The notes beneath the pieces were generated by a model. The model was not told where the DNA came from. It saw only the letters and a list, made by a program, of their open reading frames with translations, and made no database searches. A stretch of 34,904 nucleotides of DNA, taken from positions 1 to 34,904 of IMG/VR virus record IMGVR_UViG_3300006117_000005. One strand, given 5' to 3'. Shown here in pieces: positions 1 through 5,234 of the stretch (position 1 is the first letter of the stretch; each line of letters starts with the position of its first letter). The translations under genes were made by a program, and so were the position numbers. This DNA comes from a virus.

Positions 1-100
1 CATACTTAGTGCCCTTTAACTGGCCCTTACCTACCACGCCACCAGTCCAGTTACCCGGGTCACTTCGTAAATTGGTATAACCTGCTTCATGTCCAATCAG
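1..100. repeat. Left copy of the 100-bp terminal duplication (circularisation overlap)
   Basis: CATACTTAGTGCCCTTTAACTGG...CATGTCCAATCAG is identical to 34805-34904. Confidence 0.95.
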
Positions 101-379
101 CCGCTCGAATGCCTGTTCGAAGGTAATCGTGTTATCAGGAAGTGATGCAAAGCCTAAAACGGTTGGTTCTGGATTAAGCTCGGGCTGAGCCTTCTTGCGA
201 CCAATGATGGTGGCCAGTAAAACAAGGATGATAGATACAATGCTTTGATAGGTCGCTGGCAGCACATTTGCATTAGATACTTCCTGCAGAACCAATTGTA
301 AGCAGGATAAAAAAAGCGCCATATAGGCGCCATATTTTACTGAGTCAAATTTCCAGACACTTTCGTTTATTAATTTCAT
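1..379 (-). CDS. Endolysin, 5' part (N-terminal membrane segment plus start of the GH108-like domain). The ORF wraps the junction and continues at 34804..34416, 255 aa in total.
   Basis: ATG is the revcomp of 377-379 and the frame is open down to position 1. 379 nt plus 389 nt gives 768 nt, or 256 codons in one frame. The translation MKLINESVWKFDSVKYGAYMALFLSCLQLVLQ..SIVSIILVLLATIIGRKK..FEQAFERLIGHEAGYTNLRSDPGNWTGG joins the ORF-track peptide VVGKGQLKGTKYGIAANTYP. Confidence 0.8.
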   Translation of the reverse strand, partial: MKLINESVWKFDSVKYGAYMALFLSCLQLVLQEVSNANVLPATYQSIVSIILVLLATIIGRKKAQPELNPEPTVLGFASLPDNTITFEQAFERLIGHEAGYTNLRSDPGNWTGGVVGKGQLKGTKY

Positions 380-392
380 GGTTGATTCTCGT

Positions 393-791
393 TTAATAGG
401 TTAATTTTTTCTGTTGGTCAATTTGATTCCGCATTGCAGCCAGATCTGTATCCATGCGGATCTGTTTAGATTCAGCGATTGCCATTTTTTGATTCAATAG
501 CGCATTATCTTTTTCAAGCGATCTATTGCCTTGAAAGACATACCCACCAAAAGCAACAAGAGCAGCAAGAGCGGTACCTCCAAGCCCTTTTGCAAAGGTA
601 AGGCCGCCCTTGGCCTGGTTCATATCTGCCTGCAGCAAATCAATATCACGTCGGTTTGCTACTGCTTGTGACCGATAATATTCATCGCGTTCTGACAATC
701 GAATCACGTTGTTATTCAGCTCGCCCATTTCTTGCCGGAGTTGATCGAGCTTTTTCTCGACTCTTACTCCATAAGTCTCACTATCAGGCAT
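393..791 (-). CDS. Membrane protein with coiled-coil, single TM, coiled-coil architecture, directly upstream of the endolysin (candidate holin-like or lysis accessory protein)
   Basis: 132-aa ORF. AGGAGG (revcomp of 796-801) lies 4 nt before the ATG. The central hydrophobic segment GLGGTALAALVAFGGYVF is flanked by charged heptad-like segments. The stop is 13 nt before the endolysin ATG. Confidence 0.7.
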   Translation of the reverse strand: MPDSETYGVRVEKKLDQLRQEMGELNNNVIRLSERDEYYRSQAVANRRDIDLLQADMNQAKGGLTFAKGLGGTALAALVAFGGYVFQGNRSLEKDNALLNQKMAIAESKQIRMDTDLAAMRNQIDQQKKLTY

Positions 792-810
792 ATACCCTCC
801 TAATTTTTGG

Positions 811-835
811 CAATAAAAAACCCGCCGAGGCGGGT
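811..835 (-). terminator. Intrinsic terminator upstream of the lysis genes
   Basis: GC stem ACCCGC/GCGGGT (820-825/830-835). On the minus strand it is followed by TTTTTTATTG. On the plus strand a weaker T-run follows (TATGGTTTTT). Confidence 0.7.
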
Positions 836-916
836 TATGGTTTTTAAAACAATTTATAAATGGTATTTTTGTCTCAATACCGCGAATATTCGAATGCTTT
901 TACGCGAGAACATAAA

Positions 917-1294
917 ATGCTAAAGAAGATCTTATTTACAGCCCTCATTTTTAATTCACTTTCGGTTTATGCTGCAAATTATGTAGCTAACTCAGATATC
1001 ACCGACCAAGTAAATTCTGAAATTAAAAAAGCAAAGCCAGGTAAAACTATAAAAATACCCGCAGGGAACTTTAAAGTTAATGCTTTAAAGTCCATCAATC
1101 TTAAAAGCAATATCTCTCTCGAGCTCTCTCCAAAAACTACATTAAACGTGATACCAAATAAACTCGGTAACTATCAGGTATTTAATATAAATAATGTCCA
1201 GAATGTAAGAATTACTGGAGGAACGCTTATTGGTGATAAATATACCCGCCTCGGAAATTCTGGAGAATGGGGCATGGGAATTGCAATAGACTGA
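917..1294 (+). pseudogene. Secreted right-handed beta-helix (pectate-lyase-fold) protein, N-terminal fragment only
   Basis: Signal-peptide-like MLKKILFTALIFNSLSVYA. It is followed by G.TIKIPAGNF, NISLEL, NVQNVRITGGTLIG and GMGIAID, and then stops abruptly after about 125 aa. Beta-helix enzymes are normally several hundred aa. The region is AT-rich. Confidence 0.5.
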
Positions 1295-1602
1295 ACAATA
1301 ACCATCCACTCCTCACCCAAATAAAGATTTTGAATTAAAACATAAAAAATTAAAGCAAATATAAAATTCTGTGCGAAATTGACTCCTACTCTCTTGCTGC
1401 AAAGAATATAGGCTAGCGAAAAAAAGCCTATATGAGCAATTAATAATGGAACGCGAAGGAATGCGAAAGCAGGTATGCTTATGATTAAAATTATAAAAAT
1501 AGAGGTCAGTATAAATGCACTTATCCCAAATAGCCTTCTTAAGTCAATAGTCATTTTCTTAAAGTATAGATTAGGTGCGAAATATGGTACACAAAAAAAC
1601 AT
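1174..1602 (-). CDS. Multi-pass membrane protein ORF, probably truncated; its 3' part is antisense to the beta-helix fragment
   Basis: Three clear TM helices (FGISAFILTSIFIILIISIPAFAF, VPLLIAHIGFFSLAYILC, FAQNFIFALIFYVLIQNLYL). Candidate starts are at 1602 and 1554, and neither has a strong RBS. The last ~40 codons overlap 917..1294 on the other strand. Confidence 0.4.
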   Translation of the reverse strand: MFFCVPYFAPNLYFKKMTIDLRRLFGISAFILTSIFIILIISIPAFAFLRVPLLIAHIGFFSLAYILCSKRVGVNFAQNFIFALIFYVLIQNLYLGEEWMVIVQSIAIPMPHSPEFPRRVYLSPISVPPVILTFWTLFILNT

Positions 1603-1634
1603 CTTTGCTCTATGACTTGATATATTAATTAAAC

Positions 1635-1662
1635 AGGCTTTGCCCTGATAAGGGCAAAGCCT
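1635..1662 (-). terminator. 11-bp perfect hairpin after the tailspike gene
   Basis: AGGCTTTGCCC-TGATAA-GGGCAAAGCCT. The U-tract is weak (GTTTAATTAA) on the minus strand. Confidence 0.55.
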
Positions 1663-1678
1663 TTCTGCTGTAAACAAG

Positions 1679-3889
1679 TTACTTTGCGACTTTTTGCTTA
1701 ACAAAAATCGTGGCACTTATTAGTGCTTGCGGGCAGGTCAAAACAACTTGCAACTCCTGACCAACAGAAGGATTGATCTGTAATGATGCTGTAATTTGCA
1801 CAGCATCTGTAGTATCTGAAATCCCTTGCCCTGTGGATCGGCTAGCAAATATTTTATGAATTGAATATCGACTAGGTACGCGGGTTGATGCTTTATATAC
1901 ATTCGCTAATGCCTTAACGATATATGTTGATGTTTGACCAGACACATCGCAACGGCCCACGATATCTAGTTCAACTATACCGCTTGCGCTTGCATCAAAG
2001 TTGCCCCAGATTGTAAAGGCAGCTGGCGAACTCGCTGCAATTGCACCTGTTTCAATCTGAAACTCACGCTCAAATGATCCGCGCTCACTACTTTTTGGCT
2101 GGTGCCAAAAATCTCTGGAGACAACACGAACCCCATTAGGAGCCGGGTTATTCACTGAGAATCCAAGTCCTAGATACAAAGCGCCTGCAACCGGCATTTC
2201 AGGAAAGGCTGCAAGTACGTTATCAGCATAACCGATACCGCGGTCACGCATAACGTATCGACCACGCCACTCCTTGGGCGACTGCTTCATGATTACTTTA
2301 TCCTCAGTAAATCCATTACCAAAGAATCTGTTTTCATAACCATCATTGTAAACATGAAGCGTAACATCTTCTGCAAAGCTATGCGAAACTGTATTTAACT
2401 GGTTCGATCCGGAAAAAATAATCGCAGTGCTTACTGTTAAATCTGCTGGCACCCAACTAGGGAAAGGGAAAGGGTTTGTGCTGCTTGGCATTGATTCAGC
2501 ATGCCACGCTACAAGATTATTAGAGTCACCACAACTATCCCAAAAGCCAACATGAGAACGTGCGGACCGGATTCGAGTGAATACATTTCGATTATTATTG
2601 GAATCACCACGACCTTGAGTCACCTTCCACCAGTATGATGCACGCAAATCTGTATCAATCTGACACCGTGAAAAATGAATGTCACTGAAGTTACAGTAAT
2701 GATTTCCACCAGTAGCCAGCATTAAAATACCAGTACCACAACGGTCGATCGACAATCCCACAAAATTTGACTTATGCACTGCACTTAGATTGCTGGTTGC
2801 TGTAAATGCTCTGGCATAATCCTGCCCTAGGTATATGCCAACTGCACTATCTGCAATCGTCATATATTTAATATTGGTGTATGGAGAATGAACAGAAAAA
2901 CATGCTTCTGTTAAATTTGCTTCATCAGACTCTTGGGTTGTGGAGACTCCATCCGTAGTCATTATTCTTGTAGCTGGTCGAATATCATTACGCTTAAAAC
3001 ATGATTTAACCCCGTCACCATAAACCCGGACACCTGTACCGGCACTACCAACATTGTAGGGCGTTGTATTTTGTGGCAGCTTCACCAAGTCGCTAAGAAC
3101 ATACGTTCCTTTAGGTGTATAAATATTTTGTGCGTTAAGAACCGCATGCTGTGTAGCAAACCAGTCAATTGATTGGCTAAGTGACTTAACGAATGGGAAT
3201 TTAGTTTGTATTTCAGCTAAGTTTGCAAACTTTCCACTGTCCACCCACTCTTGCAGGGTGTGTAGCGTGCCATCGCCAATCGCGCCAAAATCTTTGATCG
3301 AAACCTGTTCTGTGATCTTGTCATACAAAACACGATTGATCGAGATTGATAAAGGATCAAAATGAAAAGCTAGATTTTCATTTAAAAATTTTTGACTGCC
3401 TTTTGATGTCTGGATAAGAGCGTCAGTCCACCCATTCGCACCGGCTCCAGCCGCGGCAGCTATGTCAATAGTTTGCTGGAATTCAGCCAGTTTTTCACTA
3501 CCTGTGTTCTCAAAGTCTTCTAATGCAGCCGCTTTTTCATTCTGAAAATCACTTATATTTTTCTGAAAGTCAGTATTGAACTGATCAAGCTTTTCGATAA
3601 TTGGCCCTAAATCAAGAATGTTGGATACATTGTTTTTGTCTTCAATTAGAACGCCATCTCGACTAAATACCTGAAAGCGATATGTGCCATCTAGAAAAAT
3701 ATCTGCTTTACCTGTTTCATCCAAAACTACTGGATTTGTATTAGGCGTGCTCATGAAAGCATCGGTATATGTGGTCTTTGGTGTAAGACTATTCCCCTCA
3801 TATGAGAAAACTTTACCCCCAATCAGCGGCTTTCCGCACTTGTCAGTAAAAGTTGCGCGCAGACCGTACAGCGGATTTGCTAATGCCAT
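1679..3889 (-). CDS. Tailspike with beta-helix polysaccharide depolymerase domain
   Basis: 736 aa. The N-terminal ~90 aa are paralogous to the 3957..4850 product. The VSIKDFGAIGDGTLHT motif is typical of pectate-lyase-3-like tailspikes. RBS GGAG precedes the ATG. Confidence 0.8.
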   Translation of the reverse strand: MALANPLYGLRATFTDKCGKPLIGGKVFSYEGNSLTPKTTYTDAFMSTPNTNPVVLDETGKADIFLDGTYRFQVFSRDGVLIEDKNNVSNILDLGPIIEKLDQFNTDFQKNISDFQNEKAAALEDFENTGSEKLAEFQQTIDIAAAAGAGANGWTDALIQTSKGSQKFLNENLAFHFDPLSISINRVLYDKITEQVSIKDFGAIGDGTLHTLQEWVDSGKFANLAEIQTKFPFVKSLSQSIDWFATQHAVLNAQNIYTPKGTYVLSDLVKLPQNTTPYNVGSAGTGVRVYGDGVKSCFKRNDIRPATRIMTTDGVSTTQESDEANLTEACFSVHSPYTNIKYMTIADSAVGIYLGQDYARAFTATSNLSAVHKSNFVGLSIDRCGTGILMLATGGNHYCNFSDIHFSRCQIDTDLRASYWWKVTQGRGDSNNNRNVFTRIRSARSHVGFWDSCGDSNNLVAWHAESMPSSTNPFPFPSWVPADLTVSTAIIFSGSNQLNTVSHSFAEDVTLHVYNDGYENRFFGNGFTEDKVIMKQSPKEWRGRYVMRDRGIGYADNVLAAFPEMPVAGALYLGLGFSVNNPAPNGVRVVSRDFWHQPKSSERGSFEREFQIETGAIAASSPAAFTIWGNFDASASGIVELDIVGRCDVSGQTSTYIVKALANVYKASTRVPSRYSIHKIFASRSTGQGISDTTDAVQITASLQINPSVGQELQVVLTCPQALISATIFVKQKVAK

Positions 3890-3901
3890 TTATTTTCTCC
3901 A

Positions 3902-3926
3902 ATAAAAAACCCGCACAAAGGCGGGC
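3902..3926 (-). terminator. Intrinsic terminator between the fibre and spike genes
   Basis: Minus strand reads GCCCGC-CTTTGT-GCGGGT followed by TTTTTTATTGGAG. Confidence 0.7.
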
Positions 3927-3956
3927 CAGTAGGTCATTAAGTTTTAAAATTTTTTT

Positions 3957-4850
3957 CTAGCGGAATACAACAACCCCGGCATATAGCGGATCGTAATTTC
4001 CTGTGGTGTTGTCGCCCCCATACGATGCAGAGAGTTCAAAACCTGTCTTTGTCTGAGCAACCATATTTAATGAAGCTGCATCACTACGTGCAGTGGTCGA
4101 TGGAGTTATAAGATAGTCTGCATCTGGCATTGCTTTTTCAAAAACAACTTCATATCGCCCTACCCCAATTCGAGTTACAGACTTGATGTTTCCAGAAGCT
4201 CGGATAGCACCGGTCAGGCCGTTGAAATTAACCCATGCTCGAGCAGCATAAATTGGAGCTTCACCACTTCCTAGATCGGATTTAGCCAGCTTTTCTGTTG
4301 CCAGCTTTTTCCCCATTTTTGCGGTTAATGCTTCTGCTTCGCTGTCACTGGTTAATGTATTGTTTAGTTTGACCGCTCCTTTGGTGGCTAAAGTAGCATC
4401 GGGGAGCTGTGTCGCATCTATTAGAGATTCTTCACTCAATCCCGGTAAACCACCCGGCTGATCTTTTTGACCATCAATTACACTGGTCGTTACAATCTCA
4501 AGAGTCTCTTTAACATTTTTCAGCTCATCTAAACCGTCTTTAATATCGTCTTCGAACTCATTAAGCTCGGTTAGCGTGACATAGCGTGAGATCTTGTTTG
4601 TATCAACGATAAGCACACCGTCTTTATTAAAGACTTGGACTCGATAAGCACCATCGTCAGCATAGATTTTTGCCCGGCCTGCCTGATCCAGAATAACCGG
4701 ATTTGTATTGGGTGCTTTGCCGTCGGGATCAGCATAGGTAATCTTTGGGGTAGTGGTATTTGCTTCATAAGTAAACACCTTGCCACCTGCCAATGGTTTG
4801 CCATTGCGATCTTCGAACTGGCATACTACGTTTGTAAGAAGTGGGTACAT
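3957..4850 (-). CDS. Tail fibre protein that shares its N-terminal anchor with the tailspike
   Basis: Start refined to MYPLLTNV (ATG revcomp of 4848-4850) with GAGG 6 nt upstream. It has the fibre-repeat-like segment ATKGAVKLNNTLTSDSEAEALTAKMGKKL and a C-terminal ARAWVNFNG..GRYEVVF domain seen in phage fibres (from memory). Confidence 0.75.
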   Translation of the reverse strand: MYPLLTNVVCQFEDRNGKPLAGGKVFTYEANTTTPKITYADPDGKAPNTNPVILDQAGRAKIYADDGAYRVQVFNKDGVLIVDTNKISRYVTLTELNEFEDDIKDGLDELKNVKETLEIVTTSVIDGQKDQPGGLPGLSEESLIDATQLPDATLATKGAVKLNNTLTSDSEAEALTAKMGKKLATEKLAKSDLGSGEAPIYAARAWVNFNGLTGAIRASGNIKSVTRIGVGRYEVVFEKAMPDADYLITPSTTARSDAASLNMVAQTKTGFELSASYGGDNTTGNYDPLYAGVVVFR

Positions 4851-4862
4851 TGTGACCTCACA

Positions 4863-4885
4863 ATAAAAAACCGCCATTGGCGGTT
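4863..4885 (-). terminator. Intrinsic terminator immediately upstream of the fibre gene
   Basis: Minus strand reads AACCGCC-AAT-GGCGGTT followed by TTTTTTATTG. Confidence 0.65.
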
Positions 4886-4928
4886 GTGCGATTTAGTGAA
4901 TTAAATAATAAGAAGTCAGGAGGATTCT

Positions 4929-5234
4929 ATGTATCAGATTTTTGGAAGCATCTTAGGTATTCTACTTTCAGCCCTTGCAATTGCAGTTTTTGCTTATATT
5001 GTTATTTTTATGTTTAACAATATTGGTGGCATCTTTGCTGTTATTGCTGGAATTGCATTCCTTTATCTGGCATGGAAGGGCCTTGCTTATCTAATGAGAT
5101 CCGGATTTAACGTATATGCTAATCGAGAACAGCATATAAGAGCATTTAGCCAGATGGATAAGGGCTCAAAGATATGCTTGATCTCAATTGCATTTTTCTT
5201 GCTTGCAGCGGCTATTGCTGGTCTTTTAAGTTAG
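4929..5234 (+). CDS. Three-TM membrane protein on the opposite strand to the surrounding late genes (moron; candidate superinfection-exclusion or conversion protein)
   Basis: 101 aa. AGGAGG lies 5 nt before the ATG. There are three hydrophobic helices. It overlaps the 3' end of 5212..7908 convergently by 23 nt. Confidence 0.75.
   Translation: MYQIFGSILGILLSALAIAVFAYIVIFMFNNIGGIFAVIAGIAFLYLAWKGLAYLMRSGFNVYANREQHIRAFSQMDKGSKICLISIAFFLLAAAIAGLLS

Noticed and set aside
1-100. Reading the 100-bp end duplication as a genuine physical direct terminal repeat (T7-like) or as attL/attR.
   Set aside because: The repeat sits in the middle of the endolysin coding frame, and the P22-type terminase and coat suggest headful packaging. 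The integrase-associated repeats are about 2 kb away. A circularisation overlap is the simpler explanation, though only read-level data can settle it.
1603-1716. N-terminal extension of the membrane ORF (track start at 1716, MPRFLLSKKSQ...).
   Set aside because: The extension reads straight through the 11-bp tailspike terminator hairpin (1635-1662) and overlaps the tailspike stop region. Internal starts at 1602 or 1554 are more plausible.
4851-4877. Upstream start of the tail-fibre ORF (MAVFYCEVT...).
   Set aside because: These codons overlap the terminator hairpin at 4863-4885. The ATG at 4850 has a GAGG RBS and aligns with the N-terminus of the paralogous spike protein.
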